Shown piece by piece: positions 12,873 to 26,460 of a stretch of DNA of 64,000 nucleotides. Under the pieces are notes generated by a model, which saw nothing but the letters and a program-made list of their open reading frames with translations, did not search any database and was not told the origin of the DNA. Position 1 is the stretch's first letter. Every line of letters starts with the position of its first letter. The DNA lies in assembly GCA_951406725.2 (NCBI GenBank), contig OX597823.1, positions 39,246,001 through 39,310,000 on the forward strand, given 5' to 3'. A program made the translations under genes and the position numbers. The stretch comes from Octopus vulgaris. Its lineage: Eukaryota.

Positions 12873-13761
12873 ATTTGTGTATATATATATATATATATAT
12901 ACACAAAATGTGCTTTTAAGTAGGATATGGCCAGGCCAATATTGGCTCAAACTGGAGATATGGCAAAATAAGCTGGCTTTTACTAAAATTTAATACAAAT
13001 TTCATTGTTTAATGTCTTGTTTTTCATAGGAACCAATGAACTGTACCTGTAACCACAAATAACAAGCACTACTGTTTGTATAACAAATAAGAGGATACTT
13101 AGATAATACAGTCAATGATGGTCATGGATGGAAGGTCTTAGATCATATGTCTGTTAAGCAACAACAATCCATGTCTATTAATAACAAAATTGTCTTTGGT
13201 TTAAAATATCTGGTTAAAGAGTTTATTATAGTGCTTGAAATATATTTAACTCCCTCCTTCCCTCCCCCTCTTTTACCTACTCTCTCTCTTACCTACTCTC
13301 TCACTGAATCAATACTAATATTGAGGTTAACTTCTCTGTAACGATGCTATTAACACTACTTTTGAATAGCCCTCAAGGAAATGGGGGAGTTTTTACTTAC
13401 TTTATAAATAAAATTGATACAGAAATGGCAAACCTAAACAAATGGAACGCAGTTACTATTTTTTTAAAGATAAAATCTGGTTAAACCAAACACTATCTTT
13501 TCAATTATAGCCTGCTTTGTTTTGATTCCTTCATTCATTGCTCACAACCCTGAGGTGGGGACTCGTATTATTGCATTGGATTCATTTGATAGGGGGAGAA
13601 ATCAATAAAGTAAAGTTATTTATTTTATAAACACTTTCTCAGAGCAATCTTTGCACTACTACTCTCAATGGTCTTCTGCCAAAATATGGCAATCAGATTC
13701 AAAAGAGACAACAACAACCATAGAAAAACAATATCTACAGTGTAAAAGAATTTAATAGGTA

Positions 13762-14042
13762 CAGGGTGCAACAGAAAAACCTCCCATATTTTTCTTGGGC
13801 ATTGGTGGGGCATTAGTGAAGTTGGACAAATGGTACTAGTATCTTCATATAGCTATGGTTTTACTGTTTGCATTTCAGTTACTCTTGTTGTTTGGATCAG
13901 TGAAGATCATGCGATTTTTGTTGAAGTGTTTATCAAGAATGAGAATCTGAGAGGGTATTTTATTTTTTGCTTCACTTTGTACTTAATATATCTGTATTTA
14001 TAAGTAATATTGTATATATTAAAGGAAATGTTTTATACCCTG
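13762..14042 (+). mobile_element. Old Tc1/mariner-superfamily deletion remnant
   Basis: TA|CAGGGT ... ACCCTG ends; internal WISEDHAIFVEVFIKNE resembles the N-terminal HTH (DUF4817-like) of such transposases. Confidence 0.4.
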
Positions 14043-14845
14043 AGAGCACATAAACTCGGTCCTTTTCACTGAAGAAGTACAGATTATTTACTAAAGTTAT
14101 CTTTTTGATGAATCTTATTTTCAGTAACTTTATCTTTTGAAATGATTCTAAGCATGCAGAAGAAAAAACAGATAATAGGGACTAACGTTACTTCCAACTT
14201 AACTCCCAGCCAAACGTCCCCTGCCCCACCATCCCACACTGAGCAATTCTCAGCAGCAGCAGTTAGTTCATCACACCATTCTGTCTAATAAATAAATAAA
14301 TAAATAAAGTACTTGCAGACTCTCCAAGAAAGTGAACAGTTCCAATTGTTCCAAAAACTATTTTCTTTCTATTCTCAGTCAATGTCATTATGTAATTTTA
14401 TCAGGTTCCAGTTTAATCTTTCCCCCATTTTTTTTTTTTTTTTTGCCTTTTTAGAATAATTTGAAAAATCTTTGCTGCCATTGTTGCTATTGTTGATGAT
14501 GTTATTGTTGATAAAAGTATATTATTGTTGCTATTGTTTAGGCCTAGCCCCTGTGCACTCATATGATAATCAAAGGCATTCCAGTTATGGCAATCTTGTT
14601 TTTCTACATAACTAAAACTATATCAAAAGTAGTGCACCAGCATGGTCTCAGCCAGAGAAACTAAAACAAAATTAAAAACTAAACAAGGCTGTTACCTATC
14701 TTTAAGATTATAGAGTATGATTTGAGGGAGTTTAGCTACTATTTTGTCCAGAGAATCTGAGACTTGTGGAAGGAGGGAAGTTTTCATCAAAGAGGAGACC
14801 TTACCAGAATGTTTGTAGTAGAATAGACTCTGCAAAAGGTACCCA

Positions 14846-14977
14846 ACAATAACAACAACAACAACAATAATAATAATAATGATTATAATAATAATAATAA
14901 TAATGATTATAATAATAATAATGATAATAATAATAATGATAATAATAATAATGATAATAATAATAATAATAATAATG

Positions 14978-15017
<40 letters not shown>

Positions 15018-15060
15018 GAACAACAACAACAACAACAACAACAAAACCAATAATAATAAC
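14846..15060. repeat. (AAT)n/(AAC)n microsatellite
   Basis: Directly visible. Confidence 0.95.
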
Positions 15061-15224
15061 CTGTTCTACTAGAGGCACAAAGTCTGAAATTTGGGGGATG
15101 GGATAGTTGATTATATCAATCCCAGTTACCAGTGCGTAACTGGTACTTATTTCATTGACAAGGATGAACAAAATAACACTAAGCATTTTGCCTGGTGTGC
15201 TAATGATCCTGTCAGCTCGTCGCC

Positions 15225-15266
<42 letters not shown>

Positions 15267-15289
15267 TTAGTAATAATAATAATGATAGT

Positions 15290-15465
15290 GATAAAAAATA
15301 CTATGGTCAAATACCAAAAAAGTCCCAAGGTATCATCAGAACTACAAACAATTTTTCTTATGAGTACAGCCTGTATCCTAAGAAAATACCTGATTCTCAA
15401 AAAAAACTCTTTCAAAACTGAAAGATCACAAATTTAGCAGAATCTTAGTCCTCAGATTCTGGTCT
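15290..15465 (+). mobile_element. Old R4/Dong-like LINE 3' end
   Basis: ELQTIFLMSTACILRKYL resembles the QKxxLLGTAxILRxxL terminus; follows an (AAT)n tract. Confidence 0.5.
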
Positions 15466-15772
15466 TGTTTCTGTATTCTTTTATTCTTTTATTCTTTTAC
15501 TTTTTTCAGTCATTTGACTGTGGTCAAACAAACCAATCCCAGGACTTATTCTTTGTAAGCCTAGTACTTATTTTATTGGTCTCTTTTGCCAAACTGCAAA
15601 GTTATGGGGATGCAAACACACCAACACACACACACACATATATACATGATGGGCTTCTTTCATTTTCCATCTACCAAATCCTCTCACAAGGCTTTGGTCA
15701 GCCCAAGGCTGCAGTAGAAGACACTTTAAGGTCCTCGTGGAAAATCCCACAAAAGCCATGGGTGCCTGAACA

Positions 15773-16202
15773 ACAGCAAATATTCTGCTCAATACCATAG
15801 ATTTGTTTGTCAATTGTTTGACCTTAACCAGTTGAGCATGACCCTTAGTGGCTGACAATATGTACATGTCTGATCATGAACAGAAATAGTAGGGGAGCAT
15901 CATAGCCATGTGTTGAGAGGGATTCTTTGGGGTTTGAATAATTCACCTCTGAAAACATGGGTGTTTTATTCAACATCCTTAAACAACCTTTATTCAAGGA
16001 CCATTTGAGTGGGATGGGCTACTTGGCCTGAAGAAAAATTCTAACTGGGCCCCACCTGCAAGGTCATGTGCTGTCTATCTTGATATGAGATCACAATGTC
16101 GTGCATATATGGTTGTGATACAGTGATACATGTGCCTGGTGTACTCTTATCATATATTTTACTCCAGTGTAACTTTGATGGTATGTTCTGCTCTCTCACT
16201 CA
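15773..16202. mobile_element. Unclassified (AAT)n-anchored repeat, copy 1
   Basis: Colinear with 16700-17125; ends CTCTCTCACTCA-(AAT)n. Confidence 0.85.
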
Positions 16203-16240
16203 GTAATAATAATAATAATAATAATAATAATATGATAATG

Positions 16241-16580
16241 TATAATGTTTCTCTAAAAGAAACAGAGAAACTGTCAAAATACAAAGATCTGGAAATAGAG
16301 GAAACTCAAATGTGGTGTCTAAAAATAGAAACAATTCCTATCATAGTAGGCGGATTAGGTATGATTAAAAAATTCAGACAAATACATAACAAAAAAACCA
16401 GGACTAACAATATATATAACATGCAGAAAATAGTAGTACTAGGCACTGCACACATATTATGTAAAACACTTTCAATACAGTAAAAGTAAGAGCATCACAA
16501 CAAACTATTGCACATACCAAATGAACACAGAGCTATGCTCAGTTGTGCAGTAGAAGCATGTAATAAAAATAAGACTACTG
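16241..16580 (+). mobile_element. R4/Dong-clade (RLE endonuclease) LINE, 5'-truncated
   Basis: KETEKLSKYKDLEIEETQMW..IPIIVGGLG..MQKIVVLGTAHILCKTL is the restriction-like endonuclease end; stop at 16483; (AAT)n on both sides, the known Dong target. Confidence 0.85.
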
Positions 16581-16597
16581 AATGATAATAATAATAA

Positions 16598-17125
16598 ATG
16601 CCCCGATGCAGTACCATGCAGTAACACTCTTGACTTTTGATCTTAACTGATTGGAAGTGTTATCAGGCATATTGTTTTGTCTTGATATAAAAGATGGGCT
16701 ACAGCAAATATTCTGCTCAATACCACAGATTTGCTTATCAGTTGCTTGACCGTAACCAGTTGAGCATGTCTCTTAGTGGCTCCCGATATGTGCATCTCTG
16801 GTCACAAGCAGAAGTAGTGGGGGAGCATCATAGCCATGTGTCGAGAAGGATTCTTTGGGGTTTGAATAATTTACCTCTGGAAACATGGGTGTTTTGTTCA
16901 TCATCCTTAAAACAACCCTTATTCAGGGACCTTTTGTGTGGGGTGGGTTACTCAACCTGAAGAAAATTCTAACTGGGCCCCACCTGCAAGGTCATGCACT
17001 GTTTATCTTGATATGAGATCACAATGTTGTGATGCATGCGCCTGGTGCACACTTATCATACGGGTAGTCATGCTCGGTTTATTTGGGCTTCATATATTAG
17101 TTGGCATGCACTGCTCTCTCACTCA
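16598..17125. mobile_element. Unclassified (AAT)n-anchored repeat, copy 2
   Basis: Bounded by (AAT)n on both sides; homologous to 15773-16202. Confidence 0.85.
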
Positions 17126-17149
17126 ATAATAATAATAATAATAATAATT

Positions 17150-17560
17150 ATATATACTTCCGGTTTCTTCGTAGAAGAAGGACGTGTTTTTTCGCTCTGT
17201 GAAAAAAAAAACCGAAAATAACAAAAAAGGGGTTGCATAAATTGACGAAATAATCTGCTAAAACTGATAAAAACGTAGAACTTGTTATCTCATAGTGGTC
17301 TACTAGGATATAGTAGTTAAAAACCATAATATATTTCACTTCAAGCCAAATATAATACATTAAAGTTAGTTACGCATGTGAGATTCTTCATCGAAAAGGC
17401 ACGTGGTGGCAATTCGTGCATTTATTTCCAGCTGACCGTAAGAAGCAAAAAGAATTGTTTTCTCTTCTTTTTTGAAAGAAAACTTCTCGTACAGGAATAC
17501 GGATTTGGAATTTTGCCTCTTGCGGATAAGTATCCTTTTCATTTGTTTATTTTCCTGTAA
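17150..17560. promoter_or_regulatory. CpG-retaining segment, possible promoter or transposon end
   Basis: Many CpGs against a depleted background; ACTTCCGG (ETS-like) at 17156 and CACGTG at 17400; function inferred only. Confidence 0.3.
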
Positions 17561-17707
17561 TTCAATATAATGTCTGAGTTAGGACCTCATTTTTGTTTAC
17601 ATTCAGTGAATAATCTTCTTTCAATTTCTGTTGCAGCGCCCACTTCACATTTAATCTATTTTTCACTTTATCTGTTTAAACTTATTTAGAAATCCTTTTC
17701 ATTTGTT

Positions 17708-17925
17708 TAAAATTGTTTCATTTTTTAAAAAAAATTATTTAGAAATATAATCGTAATTAGTTTAGAAGAGAACTTTTGTAGTTACAGATAGGTATATATT
17801 TATAAAATTGTTTCATTTTTAAAAAACTATTTATAAAATTGTTTCATTTTTTAAAAATTATTTAGAAATATAATTGTAATTAGTTTAGAAGAGAACTTTC
17901 GTAGTTACAGATAGGTATATATTTA
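17708..17925. repeat. Tandem duplication of a roughly 95-bp AT-rich unit
   Basis: AAAATTGTTTCATTTT...GTAGTTACAGATAGGTATATATTTA occurs twice with a partial copy between. Confidence 0.9.
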
Positions 17926-17931
17926 TTTGTT

Positions 17932-17972
<41 letters not shown>

Positions 17973-18285
17973 TTGTTACTTTATTTATATATTCTACTAT
18001 CCAAGTAGAATTTTTTGCATAACTTCTTCTCTTTCATTTCTTTCTCTCTCTGCCTCTTCACTTCTCTCTGTCACACCATCTTTCTTCTCTCAGCATCTCA
18101 ATCTTCCTAAATATATAGACGTGAACATTCTCTCCTCTCACTCTCTCTCACTTTCTTCTTATCTTCTCTCAGCCGCTCAATCTTTCTAAATACATAGACA
18201 CTTTCTTTCTCTATTTCTTCTCTACCCTCCATCACACTGTTAAATTTTAAATATAATTAGATAAATAAATAAAACATCCAAAAAA

Positions 18286-19223
18286 ATGTCCAGAACCTGG
18301 AGGAGCATGGAATTGGCGTTGTTTTTGAAAGCATGGAACTGTGCTGAAGGAGATAACCCAAACAACATAATTACAGCTGCGCTGAAGAACAATGGTCACA
18401 CCAGAACGTTAGCACAGATAGAGCGAAAGAAGCAGGAGTTTATACGCTCCTATGCTCTCATAAGATCCCATATCAGCACTCTTGATGCCATCTTTGACAA
18501 TGAACAAAGCAAAGATGACAAGGGTGAAGGCACGGATGCAGATGAAAGATGTTACACTCACTTGGTAGACACTCAGGACAACAAAGAAGATTCAAGTGAG
18601 AAACCTGCACAGGAAGTAACCCAAGTGCAAGTGCCCCTACCAGCATCAAAAGGCAAAACCATGGAGATGAAAGAGCCAAGAAAGATGTAAAAGGAAAAAC
18701 TAAAAGAAAAACAAAAGATGAAACAGCCAAGGAAAGAAGCAGACCTGACTAACCATATACCAAAAAGGATAGAAAGAGACAGAACACACGAATGTGCAAA
18801 TTCTACCTGAAAGGTGTCTGCTGGCATGGAGAGGAAGGTGCAGGCTGCTGTTTTTCACACCAAAGACCCCGTCACATAAACATGAAACAGGGCGGAAACC
18901 ACCTGCCAAAAGGAAAAGGAAAGGACTATGCACCACCTGCCCCAAAACGGAGGTATGCAGATGTAGTGCGTGTTACAAACCATCAACATGTTATTGAAAG
19001 GGTAGCTGCTGAACAAGAAACTTTTTTGTACATGGTACAAAAGCTTGTACAGCAGCTAACCTGGCTCCATCAAACTCAAGCTCACAGATGGGACTTTCCA
19101 CAATACACAAGACCACCACAGCAAATAGACCCAAGGTGGACACCACAGGCAACAACAAATACACCACATCGATGCCCCAGCATGGCCACAGCTCATGAGC
19201 TGAAACTAGATGAAACGAAATGA
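18286..19223 (+). pseudogene. Intronless Myb/SANT-like (trihelix) plus CCCH zinc-finger gene, disrupted
   Basis: N-term W-x3-E..LFLKAW..I..ALKNNGHTRTLAQIERK...FIRSY fits Myb/SANT-like domains; CKFYLKGVCWHGEEGAGCCFSH is C-x7-C-x8-C-x3-H; the two ORFs join with one frameshift (18600-18687) and one in-frame TAA (18750-18752); AAAATG start. Confidence 0.7.
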
Positions 19224-19590
19224 AAAAAAGTATACTTAAATACATAAAATTGAACCCTTTTATTAATATATTTCTGTTGAACTATACTGTCTTTATTCCA
19301 TAATTTAAAAAAAGTGTAATGAAAGTGAAAAATTTAGAAAATGACTTTATCATTACATTATTAACCCTTTTGAGACACATAGTGTTTTTGTATGTATAGC
19401 CAAAAAGACCAAAATGTTTTTTCTGCTGAGATTGATATTGATGGGTGCATATAGAAAACAAAGGTTAAAGTGTCTAAAACTACCATATTAGTATATCAAA
19501 CTCCCAGACTTATCTTTGAGTACTCTAAATTGCTGGAGATTAGCTTCTTTTGAACTAGTCACACCCTGAAATTATGCATACATATATACA

Positions 19591-19632
<42 letters not shown>

Positions 19633-19966
19633 GCTTTACAGAGGTTGAGATAAAATGCACTTCACCACCCATGATGTGTGTGTGTAAATAGAGGTGTATA
19701 TAGAGATATTTGTTCAAATAATTATATTTTGTGTGAAGATTTCAAATAAAATTATTAAACTAAAATAAAAGGAAGTCAGGGTTTACAAAAGATGTGTGTG
19801 TGTGTTGGTTGAATAACTGATACAAACCAGAGAAGGAACAAGCGAGAAATAGGTCAATAGCAGTTAGTAGAGGTTATAATAGAAGCAATGACAACTGAGG
19901 ATAATATACCCTCAATGAACATTTCATCACAACCATTCATATATGTATGTGTGTATATATACATAC

Positions 19967-20021
<55 letters not shown>

Positions 20022-20038
20022 TACATATATACATACAG

Positions 20039-20073
<35 letters not shown>

Positions 20074-21613
20074 TCAATGAACATTTCATCACAACCATTC
20101 ATATATAGAGATGTGTATGTGTGTATATATCCTCATGACTGGGGGTTTAAATGCATGATGACAACTAGGTGCAGATAGTTCCTATATTGGTAATAAATGG
20201 CAGCGCTTGTGAGAATTAGAGGTCTTTGGTGGGGATGATGAGAAAAATAATTTTAAAATATCCAATAAAACTCAGAGCCAGATTGAAGTACAGCTCAGTC
20301 AAATTAGAAGAAGGTCAAAATAGTGATGGTGGCAGAGGGGAGCATTATTTATTGTGGAAACAAATGATAAGATAATTAAAAGAGGGGAGCTTCTGCATTA
20401 GGCAAGGGCAACCTTTGGTGAGAAGATTGCCCTGTTTCTAAAAAAAGCGAAAAGGAAAAAAGCTAATGTAGTTTTTTGCTAGGCATGTCATTCAGGAAAT
20501 CCTGCAAGCCACATATGCGCATGTGGCTCATGAGCTGCAGATTAACCATGATTGCTTTACATGTTACTGAACTAGTTAGGAATAGCAACTAAATCTCTCT
20601 TGAATCGCAATCAACTGTTTAACTCTATGTGTGTGTGTGTGTGTGTGTGTTTGTTTGTGTGTATACACACAGGTGCAGGTGTGGCTGTGTGGTAAGAAGC
20701 TTGTTTTCCAACCACATAGTTTTGGGTTCAGTCCCACAGCATGGCCATGTTTTCTACTCCAGCCCCAGGTCTATTAATACTTTGTGAGTGGATCTTGAAG
20801 GCAAAAAACTGAATGTGTGTGTGCATGTGTGTGTGTGTGCGTGTGTGTGTGTGTGTGTGTGTACATCGTTATTTACATCTGATGTAATATCAGGACCTAA
20901 CCAGAGAGATTATGAGATTGTGGAAGACAAAGATACTAAGGTGATAATTGTTTTTTGTGGTAATTGGTGCATTTAGCACTACATACAAACTGCTGCTACA
21001 CAAGTGACAGAATGATACTGCAAATGAGACTTGCTTTATCAACCTACAAAGTGCAATCCTGTACTCTGCAAGAATCCGAAGAAAGATTTCAAAAGATGTA
21101 ACTTGTTAACAAACCACAAGACAATGTCTCTGCTAAATAATATTGCATGTTATAGTTTTATGATTTCTTCTATTATATTTTTTGGGGAGGGGAGGCTGTT
21201 GATTTCATTGACCCCAGTATTCAAACTGGTGCTTATTTTATCAACTCTGATGGAATGAAAGACAAAGTTGACCTTGTTGGAATTATAACTCTGAATGTGA
21301 AGACAGACAAAAATGCTGCTAAACATTTTGCCCAGTATGCTAACGATTCTGCCAGCTTGCCACCTTTAAAAATAATAATAATAAAAATAATAATAATGAT
21401 AATAATAATAATAATAATAATAATAATATTAATAATGATGATGATGATGATGATAATAAAAACCCTTTCTACTACAGGCACAAGGCCTGAAATTTTTCAG
21501 GAGGGGGCTAGTTGATTGCTATTGGCCCCAGTGTTTCACTGGTACTTAATTTATCGACCCTGAAAGGCAAAGCCAACCTTGATGAAAATAATAATAATAA
21601 TAATAATAGTTGT

Positions 21614-21957
21614 GGTGAGTGGTGACCCCCTTCGGTCAGACACTGACCATGGATTTGCACCTAGAAAGTTACCCTCCCAGGCACAAGTCCGGGCAAGGTT
21701 GTTTTATGGAAGACCAGCAGTCGCCCATGCATACCGGCCTCCCCTCTCCACGTCACCGATGTTGTCCAAGGGAAAGGCAGGGGCCGATACAGCTTGGTAC
21801 CTGTGACGTCGCAACTCATTTCTACAGCTGAGTGAACTGGAGCACGTAAAATAAAGTGTCTTGCTCAAGAACACAACACGCAGCCTGGTCCGGGATTCGA
21901 GCTCACAACCCTCACGATCGTAAGCTCGACGCTCTAACCACTGAGCCACATGCTTTC
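21614..21957 (-). mobile_element. tRNA-headed CORE-like SINE (family D), full length
   Basis: A box TGGCTCAGTGG, B box GAGCTCGAATCCC; exact 10-bp TSD TAATAGTTGT at 21604-21613 and 21958-21967. Confidence 0.9.
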
Positions 21958-22847
21958 TAATAGTTGTAAAGTTAATGATAATAACAGAATTAAGATCTGG
22001 AAACCAAGACACTGCATAAAAAGCATTGGTGTGGATGCTGGTACCATGTAAAAAGCACCCAGTACACTCTGTGGAGTTGTTGGTGCTAGGAAGGGCATCC
22101 AGCTGTAGAAATCAAGCCAAAACAGATTATGGAACCTGGTGCTGCCCCTGACATTGCCAGTTCCTGTCGAGTCATCCAACCCATACCAGCATGAAAAACA
22201 GTCGTTAAATGTTGAATAACAACAACAATAATAATTTTAGATTTTGGAAGAAGGCTAGTTTTGAAGAAAGAGATTTAGTTGATCACATAACCTCCAGTGT
22301 TCAACTGGTATCTTTATTATTCACTCCAAAAGGATGAAAGGCAAAGTTGACCTTGGTAGGATTTGAACTTGAAATGTAAAGAAGCTAGAAGAAATACTGT
22401 TGAGCATTTTTGTCAAATGTGCTAATGATTCTGTCAGATATCCAATAATAACAATAATAAAAATAAAACCATCTTCATCATGGTGTTTTAGTATTCACTT
22501 TTTGAGGTGTGCCTAGGTCAGATGGAAAATATCAATGCAGGTTTTCTATAGCATGATGCCTTTTACAGTGAAACTGAACCTAAAACTACATTGGTTGGGA
22601 AGCAAACATCTCGACTACACAGCCACATTAATATATAATAATACAAAATGATAAATATATTTCATGGAACCAGTTAAACACCTACCTACCTACCTACCTA
22701 CCTACCTAACTACACACAGATAACAATTATAGATTAACAGATTTGTATCTGTTCAGCTGTTGATTTATTTCGTTCTTCATATTTTCCTGCAGCAGCAGAC
22801 TTCCAAATTATCTGATTTCAAGCTTTTTCTTATCAATATACACACAA

Positions 22848-22906
<59 letters not shown>

Positions 22907-23914
22907 ATATGTATGTATATAGCTAGTGCTTTTCCTTTCAATTGACAGAGGGTACTAGTTTGTACCTTCAGTGCAGGGGAGCTCCATTATCTGTCTATAT
23001 TTCTTTCTTATCTGCCAATTTTTTTCCATATACTTTTTTTTATATATAAAATTCTAAAACTCTTTCTATTTATCTGTCTTTCTCTCATTATTTCAACTTC
23101 TATCATTCTCTATTTCTTTCCATGCTTCTTTTTTTTTCCTATTTTTATCATTTATCCATTAATTTATTTATCTAAATACATTATTCATCTTTCTATTTTT
23201 TCTAATTATTATTATTATTATTATCACCAACATCATTATTTTTATCAATATTATTGTTGTTAGTTTTGTTTTCTTTATATTATTATTATTATTATTATTA
23301 TTATCATCATTATTATTATTATTATTATTTTCTTTATCATTATTATTATTATTATCATTATTATTTTCTTTATCATTATTATTGTTTTCTTTATTCTTCT
23401 TCTTCTTCTTATTATTATTATTATTATTTGCTCAAATGTAGAAAAACTAGTTGAAAGTTTGGAGGTGACTACTGTAGCATCTTTTGATCTAAGATAAACT
23501 AAAAAGAGATATAAAAAATATCCATTTGGTTTAAAGAAAATATGAAAGAAAAGGAAAGGACACAAGTGAACAGTACACACACACACACACACACATAATC
23601 ACACACATGCACATACACACATGTAGAGTAAGTACCAGATATACAGGCTGATTATGAAGACAGAGAGGTGGGAGTGGAGGGAGAGGAAATGGAAAAGGAA
23701 AGAGTGTCTGATGCCAGATACATGATCTTAAATTAAACAAGACAGACGGAAGGCAAAGTGTGGACATTTGAGAAGAAACCCCACCCCACCCCCCAGAAGA
23801 AAACAAACAATTCTTAATATTTAAACTAGAAGGACAATCAGGAATACAAAACTAGAGTTATCTTCTCCTGGTTCTTATTTTTTGTTGTGGTTGGTTTAGT
23901 TATTGTGGGATTGT

Positions 23915-24365
23915 GGCTAAAAGTTTGCTTCCCAAACACATGGTTTCAAGTTCAGTTCTACTGAGTGGCACCTTGGGAAAATGTCTTCTACAATAGCCTT
24001 GGGCCAACTAAAGCCTTGTGAGTGGCTTGAGTAAATAGTGTCTGAGGAAAAAAAATCCAATTGTATGCGTGTCCGAGCATGTGTGTATATATGTGTGTGT
24101 GTGTGTGTGTGTGTGCACGTATGTGTGAATGTGCCTGTGAGTGTATGTTTGTGCCTCCTTGGCTTGACACCATGTGATGTTTGTAAATGAATATCACTGT
24201 CATACAAGCAGTGTTGTTCATTTCCAGTCTTCTGCAAAAACATGTCTAGCCATGGGGAAATATTTTCTTGCTTGAAAACAGATGACATTTGGAGATGCAA
24301 AAGGCATCCAGCTGAAGAAAATGGGCCTCCTTCAGACCTATGGACATTATTAACAATGATGATGA
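23915..24365 (+). mobile_element. SINE with family B head and RTE-type tail
   Basis: Family B 5' half, a different body, then GGCATCCAGCTG...(GAT)n tail; second copy about 59165-59590. Confidence 0.7.
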
Positions 24366-24619
24366 TGATAATAAGAAGGCATCATGAATGAATTTATTGT
24401 GTATAGAACTAAATATTTTGTTGTATTTAACTAAGTCCCTTACGGTTCTAAGTTCAAATCTTGCAGAGATCAATTTTCCCTTTTGATCTTTTTAGAGTTG
24501 ATAAAATAAAGGATCAATCAACTAGCCAAATTTCTGGCCTTGTGCCAATGTATGAAGTTATTATTACAAGGAAGGGCAGAGAAAAAAAAAACACCTGGTC
24601 AAAACTTGGAACTAAAACT

Positions 24620-24962
24620 TATATATATATGTATGTATATATATATATATGTGTGTGAATATATATGTATGTATATATATGTATATATATATATGTATGC
24701 ATATATATATATGTATGTATATATATATATGTATGCATATATATATATGTATGTATATATATATATGTATGCATATATATATATGTATGTATATATATAT
24801 ATGTATGCATATATATATATGTATGTATATATATATATATATATGTATATATATGTATGTATATATATATGTATATATATGTATATATATGTATGTGTAT
24901 ATGTATATATATATGTATGTATACATACATGTATAGATATGAGTATATATACATATATAGAT

Positions 24963-25002
<40 letters not shown>

Positions 25003-25065
25003 ATAGATAGATGGATAGATAGATATAGACATGCACACTTATATATACATATACACATACATGTA
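24620..25065. repeat. (TA)n/(TATG)n/(GATA)n microsatellite
   Basis: Directly visible. Confidence 0.95.
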
Positions 25066-26030
25066 TAAGCTTGCAAACACCTATGTACACATAGGAAAAA
25101 AAACCCCACATGTATTCATTTAATAGAAAATGTTTTACCTGAAACAATGTAAAATTCTGTTTGTATACATACAGAAAAAAATTATTCTGAAAAATACTTC
25201 CATAAAATAGTGACCCTGTATTGTAGTAAGAAATCATCATCATCATTATCAGTGTCATTGTTGTCATCGTCATCCTCATTGTCATCATCACCACCACAAT
25301 CTTTGCCATCATCACTGTCAACATCATCATCATCATTCTCATAGCCATAATCATTATCATCATCTTGTTAAGTCCTGCCCCAAGAACAGAAGTTTAGTTA
25401 TTTTCATTGGTAGTTTTCTCGAATGTCCACTTCCATTAGTGACACCAAAGAGAGAGTCATTGGGGTACAGAGACAGCAAAAAGCCAGATCATTCTAACTG
25501 GCATTGCTTTTTAGCCCTAGGTTCCAACTGTAACTATCCAGTCTTATTTTTCCAGACATGTTTTCTAGGTATTCATTATCCAAAATGTCCTTCTGTTTAA
25601 AAAAAAATTTTTTAAATGGTAGGATACAAATTGAAGGTGATTTGGCTGCTATTTCTAGTTACTTGAATGATAACATTGTTGTTTTAATTAGTTGTATCCA
25701 AAAACAACAGCAGCTTCTGCTGCTGTTACTTGTTGCAATGCTAACAACAAATGCAGCAGTGATGACAGCAACAGTAGCAGCTGCAACAACAACAACAACA
25801 ACAGTAGTAAATGGAATCAAGAACAACAGTGATATGAGCATCAACAACAGCTGCACAAACAATAGCACCAACACTTGCACACTATCAATAACAGCAACAT
25901 GGTGAAGACGATGATAGTGATGGTTACAGCTATATCAATGACAAAACCATTACAAGTAGTGAAAGATTTTCTGCACAAATGGAATATACATACATATACA
26001 TACATATATATACATATATATACATATATA

Positions 26031-26460
26031 CAATGAATCTGTGAAACTTCGTTTCATTGGTAATGTTTTTGTAACTCACGTGGTGATTTTGGAGGGAGAT
26101 ACGAATTCGCCTGTCTATATAAATGTGGAGATGCTAGCGGACCGTTACATCGTTCGATGTCACCTGATTGAGTTGATGTAATGGGTGAGTTTTTCTTCCT
26201 AGCATTTCTAGATTTATAGGAAATATTATGTTGACAAGGAAATGAACTTTCGATTCTAATCCAGAAACGAATTCGTCCATAATTAATCCAATAGGCTGGG
26301 ATTTCGTTGTCTTCTTTCTCTTTACCATATATGGGTTACAAATTCTGTTTGTTTGTGGAGACTTTTTTACTAGTAGTAGAAATAGTGACCTATTTGGCTG
26401 CTATTTCTAATATTTTCGGTATGCGGTTTTGAGCAACTTGTTGCAATTAACCCTTTATTA

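Noticed and set aside
14124-14288. Possible terminal exon ending SSSHHSV* before AATAAA
   Set aside because: AATAAA is part of an (AAAT)n microsatellite; both strands are open and no motif is recognisable.
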